A stretch of 64,000 nucleotides of DNA, from positions 41,726,001-41,790,000 of the forward strand of contig OX597834.1 of assembly GCA_951406725.2 (NCBI GenBank), in the 5' to 3' direction. This DNA is from Octopus vulgaris. Its lineage: Eukaryota. Below the pieces are notes generated by a model. It worked only from the letters and a program-made list of their open reading frames with translations. It did not search any database and was not told the DNA's origin. Positions 40,030 through 54,830 of the stretch are shown piece by piece. The stretch's first letter is position 1. Every line of letters begins with the position of its first letter. A program made the translations under genes and the position numbers.

Positions 40030-40427
40030 TCTTTATATATGAAAGAGAGGTTGTGTGTCTGTCTCCTATGATTTCGATTCCTAACTACTCCCACATTTTG
40101 CGGTGCACTTTAACCAAAACCGGGTATCTTATAGTCGTGATTCATATCGAGCCCTTCTGGGTATTAGCGCGCGTCTACGATGAGTCTAGGATTTTAAAAA
40201 AAATTTACCATCATTTTTTTCCATTTTAATGCATTTTTTCGCTATTATATAAGGGAAGTAACTCTCTAAAAATGTCTACGATTAGTCAATGACTTTTTAA
40301 AAAATTTACCATCATTTTTTTTCCATTTTTAATGCATTTTTTTGCTATTTTTTGGCTATAACTCTCTAAAAATGCTTATATAGTTATTTCCCTTACAAAC
40401 CCGAGCAACACCGAGCGATACTGCTAG
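40030..40427 (+). mobile_element. Non-autonomous Helitron-type element
   Basis: 5' TC start, 3' subterminal GC-rich hairpin remnant (cccgagcaacaccgag) and CTAG end. Inserted between A and T with no TSD. Contains an internal ~80-bp duplication. Confidence 0.75.
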
Positions 40428-40680
40428 TTAATACTAAACTTTTATACACACTCAAACCCCTTCAATATGCTTAAAGAATGAAATTTCTTGCAGTCAGCTA
40501 CCTTTACAAGCCTTATATAACGAGCAAAATTGACACAGGTAATGCCTTCCTAGAACAGTTCTGAGTTAACAGTTGCAGTAAAACATGTGTAAGGAGGAAC
40601 CTCGGGGGTGGCAGGGCAGACAGAATATAGGGGACAGAGTTGTTATGAAGTTTTATTTCAATAGTTGAATAATACATTAC

Positions 40681-40830
40681 CAATACATCCTAGAGTAACG
40701 ATACCATCTTTGTAGCGAACGTGTTTCTGGAAAGTGGTGTCAAGTACATCATTGTGGACGGTGGAGACAAGATCTGATTCATCTGAGCCAGTGTTAGCTT
40801 CAATCTTCTTCTTCCAAGACGAGAGGTCAA
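40681..40830 (-). CDS. GNL1: GNL1 exon
   Basis: (V)DLSSWKKKIEANTGSDESDLVSTVHNDVLDTTFQKHVRYKDGIVTLGCI(G). aag acceptor and gtaatg donor. Confidence 0.92.
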
Positions 40831-41152
40831 CTTCAATAAAAGACAACAAAACAATTATTTAGTTTAGAGACAAGTTTCTTCTGGCATTGACAATGGGGTT
40901 AACAGGTGACTGTTTAAAGGATAGAGGGTGAAGTGCCAAAGGGCAAGTGTGAACTGTTCATGTACAGTCTACAAGCATGATCCCTTAAACCACCATTTTT
41001 TTTACTGGTCATAGACACAGGCATAACTCTGTGGTTAAGAAGCTCACTTTGAAACCACATGGTTTTGAGTTCAGTTCTGCCGTGCAGTATCTACGTATCT
41101 AATTTATCCAACAGTCAAGAGAGAAGATATCAGAACAACTTATAATACTTAC

Positions 41153-41242
41153 CTTCATCTTTTACTATATTCTGACAAGCGTGCCACAGTGCTAAGGGAC
41201 CAATAGCACTGAATTTCCCCCTTTTCTTCCGTTTGTGAAGAA
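41153..41242 (-). CDS. GNL1: GNL1 exon
   Basis: tttatag acceptor; (V)LHKRKKRGKFSAIGPLALWHACQNIVKDE matches the GNL1 basic stretch and 'A.GP..L..AC'. Donor gtaagt, phases 1/1. Confidence 0.88.
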
Positions 41243-42294
41243 CTATAAAATAGAAGAGGAAAAGGTCGATTACTTCAGATAATTCTATATCAAAAGAAAG
41301 ATATGAAATGGTATCAAAACTTGGTAAACTCTAGATATTATTGTTCATGCCAAAACAGCCGATGGAACCTGGTGAGGCTCCCAGCCATGCCAGCTCCTAT
41401 CAAACCATCCAACCAATGCCAGCATGGAAGACCGGCATTAAATGATGATGATGATGATGATGATGATATATTTACACCATATATGTTGGTTTCTAGTCTA
41501 CGTTGGGGGTGGGGACTAGTCTATTACAATGACCATAGTGCTTAACTGGTACTTATTTTATCAACGAACAAAAGGCAAAAGTGATCTTGGTGAAATTTGA
41601 ACTCTGAACATAATGATGAACAAAATGCCGCTAAATGATTTTACCCGGTGTGCTAATAATCCTGCCAGGTGACTGCCTTTACCTTCAGCAATATATATTG
41701 GCAAAACTGATATTTTCAAATAAAATTACTCAGCCACTCTCCAACATCAAGAACACAGAGAATTAGTGATTGGCTAGTAATTAAAACAGAAAATAAATAG
41801 AATAAGGGTCACTACTAATTTGATCTGAACTTTCTTAGTAGACAGGATGAACCAACAAAGAAATGGAACAGAATAAACCTCAGTGCTAGACAATAGTGAA
41901 TTTACTCAGAAAACATTGCCCTTATTGTTCACCTGCATGAATGGACATTGTAACCCCCAACTCCTTGGCCTTCCTGTATCTATTGAGAATAATGAAGTAA
42001 AAATCTCTGAAATATTAGGAACTTAGAATGAACTAAGCACTCCAGAAAACTGAAGTAGACAAACAAGCCATCTTTACTCTGTGACAGGACAATGGTAAAA
42101 CAGAAACAAAAAAAGTATATTCTTAGAGGGAATTGTTGACATATTTATATACAGATAGTCATATATACACACAGACACATAAATACACTAACACAAAAAT
42201 TTATACATACACACATACACTCAAAAACACACTAATTCAAACACAAAAAGAAACAAAAAAAATAAATGTGGAGGTAGGTAGGCAGGTAGAGAGA

Positions 42295-42720
42295 TAAGAT
42301 CTTGAAAATTCTGTGCCAAAATTAGGGACCGAAAACTCTACCAATCACCAAACAAGATTCCATTGCAAAGTACCAAAGCTCCAATCCTCTTTATCTAGAA
42401 GAAGGACCCAATACTGTAACAGCTCATGGCTCAAAGTCCCACTACTTTTCGATACCTACCCTGAAAAACGTAAGAGAAATACACAAGGGATGGAGATAAG
42501 TGTGTTCAAAAAATACCTGGATATCCTTTTATCAGAAGGGCCCAAAAAAACTTACATCAGAGAAAAGAACACGAATAAAGAAAGTGAATATCCAACTCCT
42601 CCTTTTACCAAAAATCACTCACAGAATGACTGCGATAACAAATTAAAAGTGGCAGAAATGGGAACACCCCAGCATGGCCACAGCTGATTGGCTGGAACAG
42701 GTGAACGAGCATAAATGATG
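42295..42720 (+). mobile_element. CR1/L2-like LINE 3' remnant
   Basis: The degenerate translation KILENSVP..G...T...T..HCKVPK...RT.YCNS....P.LF...VFKKYLD.LLS resembles the post-RT C-terminus of CR1-group ORF2. Confidence 0.55.
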
Positions 42721-45700
42721 ATTGATATATGCATGCATAGATGCATACAATGTTAACATATATATATATATAAATATATATAAACATATACACACACATA
42801 TAAATATATATACACATACACACATATACACACATACATACATAAATATTTATACACATACATATATAAATATATATACACACATACATATATGTATGTA
42901 TGTATATATATACACACACACACACACATATATTCTTACATACATATTCATACATATACATACATACATATATGTATGTATGTATATATACACACACACA
43001 CACACATATATATTCTTACATACATATTCATACATACATATACATACATACACATACATGCATATAAACACCTACATATATATTTATATATATACACACA
43101 CACACACACACGCACATGCATACATAAATAAATATAGATATATATACATAAGTACAAGCATATATATATATTATACATTCATTCATGCATATATACACAT
43201 ATAAGTATACACACACAAACACACATATATATTCTGTTTATTGTATATGAATACATATACTATTTCATGACACCTGCACACACACGCAATATATATATAT
43301 ATACAATAATTTCATTATATTATATATATATATATATATTTCATGAGTTTATGTTTTGTTCTACATCCAAACTGCTGCATAGATTTTTTCATTAGTTCAA
43401 TCGTAGATATATAGGTATTGATGAGATTGTCTATTAAACATTGCCAGGTAAAAACAGTTTCCGATCGAATACTTTTCAAACAAACCATAACTGCGAAGCA
43501 TTTATTCATTGCAGGAACGTACCGTAAATAGAATTGTATACGAAGAAGAATACCAGGGTGGTGGGAAGGGAGGAAGATAATCATTGTCACTATGGGTAGG
43601 AGGAACGTGGGGAAGATGAGGCGAGGGGAGGGATTCTGTGTGTGATGAGATGAGAAGTAGCAAGAGCAGTAACAACAGGTGGGGTGGGGCGGGGTCTATT
43701 TGTGTTTTTAAAGAGAGGATGTGTTGCAAGCCATCTCTGCACTTTTGAGCCTTCGCTATAATTAACCTAAAAAAATACCTGATCCGATAAATTAGTTCTG
43801 AGAGTACAAAGAGCGGTATTGTTTACTTGTGTAAGTAATAAAGCAGCCGAATTTATCCAAATCACGTCCTAATTGTCTTTGGAAAAAAGCAAGAACAAAA
43901 AAAAGAAAAGAAAAGAAAAAAACATGGTAGGACACACATGAGAAACTAAGTTTGTAGATAGCAGGGAAATAGAGTGAGTTAGGGCTGGACTAACTTCTTG
44001 ATTATAGAACTAATCTGACGTTTGACCTGAGGTCAAGCTACAGCAATATTATATAATATTGAAAAAAATGTGGCCAAGACACTGGATGATTAATTCCTCC
44101 AAGCTGTTGTTTAGCCCTGAGTCAGCATTAATCCAGCAGTCATTTGATCATGTATCTTGGATTACATCATCCAATGTACCCATACTCTTTTTTATAGATG
44201 ACTGGGTGTAATCTGAAGGAGATTTGGCTGCCATTTTTTGCAGGTCTTGCAACCACATACAGGCTTCTTCCTTAGCTCCCAGCTGTAAATAGATACTGTG
44301 AGGGAGTAAAACAACTTAGCCATAGGTAATGGAAACAAACTGAAATTAAGGAGGATACGATTCATTTTCACTGCTACATTCCAGGCTGGAATCTTTAGAA
44401 GTCTGCTCCAGCATCTCATCAGTTATTAACCCTAACCCGAAACTATGAGTTCTATTATGACAACCAACTAATTGTCACACATTATATTTATAGATAAATT
44501 CCTCTATTCACATAATATCAAGGTCTCATTCGTTCTTTTGTTGTCATATTATTATTATTAATATATATATATATAATCAAAATAAGCAACAAGGATATCC
44601 AAAGGTAGTGTAGTAGAAACGTTTCATGCTACTTCATTTAATTAAACAATGTAAGTATTACATCAATTTTAAAATGTAGACCACTCTTCAGCCACATATG
44701 GAATTTTTTAAATTAAATTGATATACACACACATATTCCAGCAGCCACAGATTCTGGGAATGCATGCAGCCCTCAAGCATCATTCCAGTGGCTCCTGATA
44801 GTCTTAAATGTTTCTTTAATTGATTTGTGTTTTATTTATTTATCTTTTTTTTTTTGTGCAGCCCATTAAAAGAAATCCAGGTTTTGGATCTGTCCTAGTT
44901 ATTAAAAAGTTTGAGAACAACTGGTCTAAAGTGCCCTTACTTTCAAAAACATTAAGGTAGGATTTAAGGGAAATACGTCTGCTTTTTCTAATAGCATGAA
45001 TAAACATATGGAAATGCCTTTCATAGCTTTTATTTCCTTCTAGCAAGAAAATAAAGATGTAAAACAAAAGGAAAAATCCTTAATTATTCTCAAGTTCATT
45101 GATTTCTAATTAACAATCAGGGACAAAGTGGGAATTCATCCACTTTGACATTGTCTGTATCATTTCCTGTCTGTTCGTCTTACATCATGCTTCACTTGCC
45201 TTTCTGATAAATTTTATCATTCAGATATCATTTTTATGTTTTCTCTCCCACAGACTTCCTTCAATAATTTCCCTTTGGCAAAGAAAAGTCACCTCTGGGA
45301 ATGTTAAATACAAGCATACATGGACGGAATGGAAGCACTCCGTCGGTTCCGACGACGAGGGTTCCGGTTGATCCGAATCAACGGAACAGCCTGCTCGTAA
45401 AATTAACGTGTAAGTGGCTGAGCACTCCACAGACACGTGTACCCTTAACGTAGTTCTCGGGGATATTCAGCGTGACACAGAGAGTGACAAGGCCGGCCCT
45501 TTGAAATACAGGTACAACAGAAACAGGAAGTAAGAGTGAGAGAAAGTTGTGGTGAAAGAGTACAGCAGGGATCACCACCATCCACAAGCATACATACATC
45601 ATATGTATACACACACACAATTTACAGTACTGTCTGAAAGAAATTAATTCCCCAGAACAATCACCAAACGCTCTTTGAGTGTAAGTTTACTCAAAGAGGA

Positions 45701-48417
45701 CTAACTCGGGACCAAACACCTACTACCACCACCACCACCACCACCAACAACAACAACAACGTTACAACCACCACAAATACTGCTGCCAATTTCTTCAAAT
45801 ATTTATGTCAAAAACCTATAAAACAGTTTATGCATAGATAATAAATAACAACCAGCCTTTTGCTGCCCTAGACTACCCCCACCCCACAGAATAAGAGTGA
45901 GTGTTTTTGTTCATATAAAAGTTAATGAGGTGTTTTCTATGGGATATTCATTATTCTGGAATAATGAATATAATATAAATAATAATTAGACACAGGTGGT
46001 GACAACTGGAGCGATCATTTAGTAAACTTTATAGGTAAATTCAATACTTGTAGGTATTAATCATCAAAATTATTATCGGTATTTAAATTTTTTTTTTAAT
46101 TGTTGAAACAGACATGGTTGTGTGGTAAGAAGCCTGCTTCCTAACTATATGGTCCTGGTTTCAGTCCTACTGCATGGCACCTTGGGCAAGAATCTTCTTC
46201 TATAGCTCCAGGCCAACCAAAGCCTTGTGAGTGGATTTGGTAGATGGAAACTGAAAGAAGCCCATCGTGTGTGTCTATTTGTATCTGTGTTTGCCCCCCA
46301 CCCCCCACGACTACTTGACAATCGGTGTTGATGTGTTTATGTCCTATAACGTAGCAGTTCAGCAAAAGAGACCAACAGAATATATACCAGGCATAAAAAT
46401 AAAATATGTGGCACCAGCATGAGTGCATCTCATGTGGCACAGACACAAGTGCATTTCATGTGGCATTAAACCATGTTTGTATGACAAAGATGCTCATTTA
46501 CAGCCATCACATTGTCTACACACACACACACAAAATAAGTTTCCTTCATGTTCATCATCATCATCATCATCATCGTTTAACGTCCGCTTTCCATGCTAGC
46601 ATGGGTTGGACGATCTGACTGAAGTCTGGCGAACCAGATGGCTGCACCAGACTCCAATCTGATCTGGCAGAGTTTCTACAGCTGGATGCCCTTCCTGATG
46701 CCAACCACTCCGAGAGTGTAGTGGGTGCTTTTATGTGCCACCTACCAAATCCACTCACAAGGTTTTGGTTGGCCCAGAGCTATACAATAGAAGACACTTG
46801 TAAGTATACTGCTATAGATAAAATAACCTTTCTTTTTCACCTGTGAGACAGCCTCTACATGGTTGCTCAACATTGTAGAAATAGCAGCTAGATCTCCTTC
46901 AAATCACAGCCTACAATCTCAAACATGGAAAGACATAGTGAAGTACATATAGCCAAAAAAGGGACAGGAGGGTCCTGAACTCAAGACCACATGGTTAGGA
47001 CATAAGGTTTAGGCATTGGTTCACCATCAGTCACACTTCTGCTCCCTCATAGTACAATGTCCAACTCATTGCATTCAAGTCCCACAACAGGTATTTTGAA
47101 AATGGGTTTAAAATATATGTATTGTAACATGTTAAAGCATTTAATTTTGAAGAAAAACACCCAGTGCCAATCCTGGTACCCCTTAGATGTTTACAACTTG
47201 CTATGGTCCAGGTTAAATATAGTGGCGATCAAAAGGGATTGTGTAACACAGAGGAAATTTTTTTAAATGTAAGAAGCAAGATTAGGTTTATCTATGGAAA
47301 GAAAAGCCAATGGAAAAGACCATGGTAACCTAGGGTAGGGAGGGAATAAACACATGAGAGCAAAGTGCTCTCTCTCTCTCTCTCTTTTCGATTTACAGGA
47401 TCATGCTCAAAGTGGTTTCATCGCTCACATGCACCCACCTTTTTTTAAACTTAACACAGACAGACAGACAGACAGACATAGATAAACAGATATGGCAGGC
47501 TTTCATTCAGTTTCCTTCAATCAAATTCACATGGTTGCAAAGGAAGCTTCTTCACCACATAACTATGCCTGCACCTATTAAAAGGTGATGCTTACAGCAC
47601 CTCGGGTTCCCAAGCGCTCACCCATTCAAGTACTTATCTAGACTCAATGCTGCTTATCTTTTGGTGATCTGAGAAAAAACTGGTGCTTTCAACATGAAAT
47701 GCCTGGAAAAGTGGTCTCAGCTGAATCACTGTTGATCGTAAGACTGTTCAATCGACACAGGCCAAGGGCTAAATAACAACAACAGCAGCAACAAAAATGA
47801 ACATACTTTCACCTCTTTAAAGTGCCATGGTGATAAAACACAGCCAGAAGGGGAGGAGAGAAAGAAACTGTACTTTCACTCTGACCAACACCAATAAATC
47901 TCCTCTGGACCACTCCTGTGCCCCATCCATCCAAACAAGTCCATTATTTCCCAACACAACACACCTGTCCAATGCTGATTGATGCAAACCTGTCAGCTGA
48001 TTACTTATGCATTACCTTACAATATAAATGCATCAGAAAGGAGTGGGTTATTATGTTGAAAATATTTGTTCTCTTGTCTTCTGTTTTGTTTTTGTTGCTT
48101 TTTCTGTCCCGCCACCCCCACCGACCAAGAATAAAACTAACAGAATATTTAATTGTTAGTGGACAGGTAATACATTCTTACCTGTACTTACTGCATAGTT
48201 AATGTAATATATAAGACATTTGGTCCATTATTAATTTGTACTTCTACCGTGTGCATTAGCAATGTAAAAGCAAACATACTGGCCAGGCAGTAAAAATAGA
48301 TATAAACATTATATCGGATAGAAATGTATATATATGGTCTTTCAATATGTGACCTCGTGTGTACCGTTGGCGATTTTTTTTTCCTCTGTCTTCCCTTCTC
48401 GAGATCTTTCCTTCTAT

Positions 48418-48452
48418 GTTTCCGACGAAGAGCTCCGCTCGAAACGTTAAAC
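48418..48452 (+). ncRNA. Minimal hammerhead-like fold, U4C variant
   Basis: GUUU-CCGACGA-A-GAGC(UCC)GCUC-GAA-ACGU-U-AAAC. Confidence 0.5.
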
Positions 48453-48741
48453 CCTCCTTCTTCCCTTCTTTCCTGAGCGTCCAATAATACTTTATTTGTT
48501 CCACGTCCTCACGTTGCTGTATTTTTTTGTTTTTTTTTTGTGTTTTCTTGTTTGGATTAACTTTATATGTATATATATATGATCGTGTGTAACCTGGTTT
48601 TTAGAATAGATACGCAGTATCCCCTGTTTGTTGCAAGAGGTGTCTGAAATGGTTGGATTCAAGAAAAGCATCCAGTCAGAAACACTGCCTCGAAATGTTC
48701 CGTCCAATATAAACCAGCATGGATCAGTAGATTTCTGACCT

Positions 48742-48781
<40 letters not shown>

Positions 48782-50528
48782 AACAAACAGTCACATGCAC
48801 AAGAATAGGGGAAGTATGGCCAAATAGTTAAGAAAATTGCTTCATAATCATGAGGTTCCAGGTTCAACCCTACTGCATGGCATCTTGGGAAAAAGTCAGT
48901 TTCTAAAGCTAGGGTCAACACAAGCCTTGTAAATGGAAATAGGCTGGTGGAAACTGTGCAGAAGCCCATCAAATAGACCGTAACTGTAGCTCAAAGCATC
49001 ATCCTTGTCTCGTACTGTCACAGTGGTTCTGAGAGTTATGCTAACAGTACACATGTATGTGGATTACTCAACCACACACACACACATGCTGATTCAATGA
49101 GTTTAGTAAATAAGTTAATTCCATCACAGCCATTCCATGTCTTCCATGGTGGCATAACAGATTGGATAGTTTTATAGGATCTGATGGGTCAGAGGAATGC
49201 ATCATGCTACAGTGTTTGCATTGACATGGTTTCTACAGCTGGATGCTCTTTTGAACAGAAACCAATTTACTGAATATACATATCCTATGTTCACAAGGCA
49301 AAATTATTTTTTGATACAAATTCAGAATTGAATCTTTAGTAAAAGAGAGCTTTAGCACTTCAATGATAAATAAATTATATGGGCTTTTATTTCCTTTATA
49401 TGATCTAGCCTTAACCAAAATCTTTATTAGTCTCTTTTGCCAAACCGCAAAGTTAAGGGGGTGTAAACACACCAACATCAGATGTCAAGTGATGGTAGGG
49501 AAACAAACAGACACATACATACATACATATATATATATGTATATATATATATATGGCAGGCTTCTTTTCAGTTTCCATCTACCAAATCCACTCACAAGGC
49601 TTTGGTTGGCCCAGGGCTATAGTAGGAGACACTTGCCCAAGGTGCCATGCAGTGGGACTGAACCCGAAACCATGTAGTTGGTAAGCAAGCTACTTACCAC
49701 ACATGCACACACACAGACACACATATCCCCACTGTGTATGTATGTGTATCGATATACGCATAGAAGCATATACATACATGCATATACACGTATGTATACG
49801 CATATATGCGTTTTAAACTCTCCTCTACTTTTAAATAGCAGAAAGCAACCACAGCCAAAGTGAACACAAAATATTCTATTCTTACAGTAAATGAATATCT
49901 CAGCTCTCAAGCAAAGTGCAACAAAAAAAAATAGACGAAATAGAAAAAGAAAAGAAAAAAAGTCTATCACAACAAATATCAATCAGTCAACTAATTATTT
50001 ATTTTTATCTCCATAGCAACTAATGAAACTAATCAGGCAGTTTATTCTGTGCTATTACTACTAATGTACGTACTACACCCACTCAAGACCTTTCTGGTAG
50101 AAAGTCTACTAGTAATAATTAATCCTCGTTTGTGAAGCTATTGTTACTGTTACGTTTGGTGTAATTGTCTTTGATATGGGGTCACCGTAACTCTAGGTCT
50201 CACTGACCCGTCTCTTATGGTAAAGTTCATTGAACACTAACAGTAAAAAAATCTGCATAGTATGTCTAACGAAAAGCTCACAAAACTTATAAAATATTTA
50301 TTCACATATATTGTCTTGTGAGTACTTGGTGACCCTGTCAGTGCAGGTGCCACTTAAAAAAGTATCCACTTCACACTGTAAAGTGGTTGGCATTTGGAAG
50401 GGCATCCAGCTGTAAAAATCCTGCTAAAATGGTTACAGAAGTCTGGTGTAGGCTTCTGTCAAGGCCAGCTCCTGTCAAACCATCCCACCCATGCCAGCAT
50501 GGAAGATGGACATTAAACGATGATGATG

Positions 50529-50568
<40 letters not shown>

Positions 50569-51624
50569 GAGAGAGAGAGAGAGGGGCAATTTTGCAGATA
50601 ATCAAATTAGATATATCAGATATATTACATATATTAGTGTGGGTATGAAATGCAAAATAGGTATATATGTAAGATCTAAGGATCAAAGTGTAGGAAGTTG
50701 GTAAGCTTCAAGCAGTCCATGGTAGGCTTAAAACACAGCTTTCAGGAACAGTAATAGTTTATTGATGTTGAAGATTGTAGGTTTTACCCATATCAATAAG
50801 CCAAAAATCATTTTTTATAGTTTACAGTTAGCAACCAGGGTTTCTATGAATGTGAATAAAAATCCAAATTGAGGGGGTATAACAGGTAAAATTCAGGCTA
50901 AATTTGTTTCCTATCTAGCTGATCCTTCGAAGTAATATTTACTTAATGAGTGGTACTCCACCATGCATGGCCAGGGGTCAAATGACCGAAACAGGTAAAA
51001 GAGTATCTGAAAAGTTTACTTGATCAGATCCTTACAACACCATAAACACTTCAAAATTATATTTCCACTTTGAATTTTTATTTTAGAATCTTTTCAGTGA
51101 TTTCTTTTGTGCAAAACTATTTACCATTTCTATGGAGCCAGCCCCCACCCCCCCCCGTGCCCACTTCCCTTAATGTCCTATGCACCTGCTTATTTTGTTT
51201 AATTGTTAATCCAGTGCTGCTTCTGAGGCCACCCAAGGTGTAACACTTACTGAAATACCTGTTGGATTAACTATGATTAAAGAACCTTTTCTGAGAATTG
51301 TATGAGCAGAGACTTATAAGATTTACAAGTATAAGGGATAAAGTTGAAAAAGTCGTGGGGTTGATTTGCTCGACTAAAGGCAGTGCTCCAGCATGGCCAC
51401 AGTCAAATGACTGAAACAAATAAAAGAGTAAAGTGCTACAATTTTTGCTTTTAATCCATCCCCTGTATGACACGAAATCAAACATATTGATGGAGTGGCC
51501 CCTTCTTCTATAATAAAAAAAAAGGTATAATATTTGATGATTCATTCGTTTTTCTGATATCTGGGATCAAATCAAACAGGGAACCTGTTTTCTCACTTCC
51601 GGTTGGTGAATATTCAACAATTTG

Positions 51625-51655
<31 letters not shown>

Positions 51656-51864
51656 ATTCTCAGTCCCTCTGTCCACCAGTCTGTCCATCCGTTGGTCTGT
51701 CTATCGGTCTGGCTGTTGTCCACCCCGCCACCATTTCGTGAGTCGTTTTGATTTGGCTCGTTAAGACTGATGATGGTGATTATTCAACTGAACAGCAATT
51801 GTTAGATAACACAAAACAAAACAAAAAAAACAAACCTGCTTCCTTTGTAAATATTTATAATATT

Positions 51865-52362
51865 AATGAGGATGATGTAGATAATAATGGAAAAGATGGT
51901 GGTGGTGTTGATGATGGTGATGATGATGGTGGTGGTGGTGGGGAGGGAAGGTTCTAGTGGCGATGGTGGTCATAGTGATGATAATACTGTTGCTAGTATT
52001 TACAACAATTGTGATGATATCAATAATGATGTTGATAATGATGATGGTGGTGATGATAATGATAATGATGATGATGATGCCAATACTGATGACTAGAAGG
52101 CCAACACCAATGATGATGATGATGAGGGTGGTGGTGGTGGTGGTTGTAGTGATGGTGGTGGTGGTGGTGGTCGATGACGATGGTGGTGATGTTAATGAAG
52201 AACAGGATGGTAGCGGTGGGGAAAGTGATGGTGATGGTAATGATGATGATTATGATGAGAGGCAGTGATGATAATGATGATGATAAGTAATGATGATGAT
52301 GATGATGATGATGATGACGATGATGATGATGACGATGATGATGATGACGATGATGATGATGA
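51865..52362. repeat. (GAT)/(GGT) low-complexity tract. A comparable (CAC)n tract lies at 35920-36430 and an (AAT)n tract at 56057-56193.
   Basis: Read directly. Confidence 0.9.
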
Positions 52363-53849
52363 TCAACAACATTAATAGCAATGACAGTTTATTGTTTATA
52401 TTTCCTTCGTCATGTTTTCAATGTTGCCTATGTCTACCTCGGCAGTTTTTCTTCTTAGCAACAAACACATAATAACATTAACTCAGTTTATTCATTAAAC
52501 AACATGCTTATATATAGAGGCAAACAATGAAGGCCTCTACAGGGTTGCAGCACTTGCTGAAAATAGTAGCTAGCTATCTCGTTAATCCATATGCTACCAT
52601 CTTAAAAAGTGGAAGAAGGACACATTGGACAATGTAGTCCAAGATGAACAAGAAAAGACGGGATGGTCACAGCTGGAAAATCTTTGATCGCAGATCTGCT
52701 TGATCAGGGCTGACATGGGACCTAAACAATAACAAACACTACCATTGCTAGAAATATCAACCAAATCTCACTCAAATCACACCTTACTAACTTAAAAGAA
52801 GGACACAATGGACAAAACAGTATTGTATATAGAAAGAGGAGGTGGTCACAGCCGGAATGTCTTTGATCAGAAAACTGCTCCTTCCAAGCTGATCCAAGGC
52901 TAAATCTTTGGTAAGACACGCTTGGCATATTACTTCGGCATCTGGGACAGTGCTGCAGCTATACATAATGTTCTGGGCTACACACAGAAACCACATTTGA
53001 AAGAAAAATGGGCCACCCTACCCTAACCCCATTGATTAACAGGAAATAGGTGCAAGTGTGGCTGTGTGATTGAGAAGCCTGTCCAACGGGGCTCTGGTGA
53101 AAATTCCAAGAGGCGTCTGATTGGCAACCGGCGGCTTCGAGGTTGTTCTGTCCCTGCATCTGTGGAGATCCCGTGGCAAACAGGGCATCCCGTCACTCGG
53201 GATATGCATGCGGGATGTCAGGGACCGCTTGTGGATTCAGTATTCCCACGAAACTTCTTCTATGAATCCTATTCAGGACCAGAGAAGAAGTTGGCCTAAC
53301 CCACCCTGGGTGAACGCCATCACAAGTACAAGTAAGTACCAGGTTTTACTGTCTGTTTTGGCAAGGCTGTCCATCCTAATGCCAACCATTTTACAGAATG
53401 GACTGAGTACTTTTTACATGGCACCAGCACCAGCAAGGTTTGTTTTGGTATGGGTTTTATGGCCTGATGTTCTTCCTAATGCCAGCCATTTTACAAAGTG
53501 GCCTGGCTGTTTTTTTACATGGCACCAGCACTGGCAAGGTCTGTTTTGGCATAGCTTTTTACAGCTGGACGCCCTTCCAAACAGCAACCATCTTACAGTG
53601 GACTGAGTGCTTTCTACATGGCATGAACACCAGTTAGGTCATCGAGTAACTCGCATAACAAAGATCCTTTGAGGCGGGGGGACAAGAGGAGGTGGATCTA
53701 TGTCAGGTGATGAGAAGTTAGACTGTGACTGAGAACAGAAACAAGTGTCTTGTTCTAGAAGAGGAACATGGTTACTCCAGCCAAAGAAAGAGAAAGAGAG
53801 AGAGAGATATGGTGGCAATGTGCCAGGAAATACTCTCAATGTGCGGGAA

Positions 53850-54070
53850 TGGGAATATAAATGGGATGGTAGAGTATTGCCAAGGGTGCATGAGTAGGGA
53901 GATCCAAGAAGGGATGGTATGAAGTAGTGAGGACCGATCTCAGGATGTTGGGCCTCAAGGAAGAAATAACAATGGACCGAGATGTCTGGTGATATAGAGT
54001 TCTTGAGAAGACCCCGCCCACTTCAGTGAAACTGGGTTTTGGAAGTGCTTCGTGTTCCACCCATATGTAA
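53850..54070 (+). mobile_element. RTE-like LINE 3' remnant (inverted partner of the 54353-54520 segment)
   Basis: Reverse-complement similarity to 54353-54520 (gaagtagtgaggaccgatctcaggat...ttgagaagaccccgcccactt). Confidence 0.7.
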
Positions 54071-54352
54071 CAATGAAATTCTTTGCACATCCTACCCTGA
54101 TAAACAAACTTCTCTTCATGAATGCAAAGGGAGGTGGGATGCAGTTACTGGTGAAACCTGAGCATACAGAGGAGGCAAAGACAATAGGATAGCAATGATA
54201 CAGTGGGCGGGGTAGTGAGGACATGATTGGGCTGCAGGGGTGGGGAGGGAGAGGTAAGAATAAGCATAGTGCATGCAAAAGAGGAAATGTGAGGAAGAGA
54301 AGTGGAGACATAGTTTGGTTTACTGGGGTAGGGTGTGTCAAAAATATTATTC

Positions 54353-54830
54353 TTACATGTGGGTGGAACACACAGCACTTCCAAAATTCAGTTTCACTTA
54401 AGTGGGCGGGGGTCTTCTCAAGAATTCCATATCATTAGGCATCTCAGTTCATTGTTATCTCTTCCATGAAGCCCAGTATCCTGAGATCGGTCCTCACTAC
54501 TTCACATCATGTCTTCCTGGGCCACACTCTTCCACAGGTGCCCTCCACTTTAAGCAATCGGCATTTCTTTATACAGCCATCTTCATTCGTATGCATCACA
54601 TGTCCAAACCAACACAGTTTTCCCTCTTGCATGCTGCATTTGATTCCACTTATGTTCAACTTTTCTCTCAACACATTTGCACTTCGCTGCACATTCAAAC
54701 TGATGTTGCATATCCATCAGAGCATTACCAGCTTCATTCCTCTCTGGTCCACATATGTCTTCTGCATTTCAGATCCCATGTCTCACTACCACAGAGTAAA
54801 GCCATTTGTACACAAACATCATACAATCTG
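54353..54830 (-). mobile_element. RTE-like LINE 3' remnant
   Basis: LREKLNISGIKCSMQEGKLCWFGHVMH..EDGCIKKC..LKVEGTCGR..PRKT matches the RTE ORF end 'RLRWFGHV.R...G.RGRPRKTW'. Confidence 0.75.

Noticed and set aside
44425-44442. Telomeric TTAGGG-like repeat
   Set aside because: Only about two units, which is chance level.
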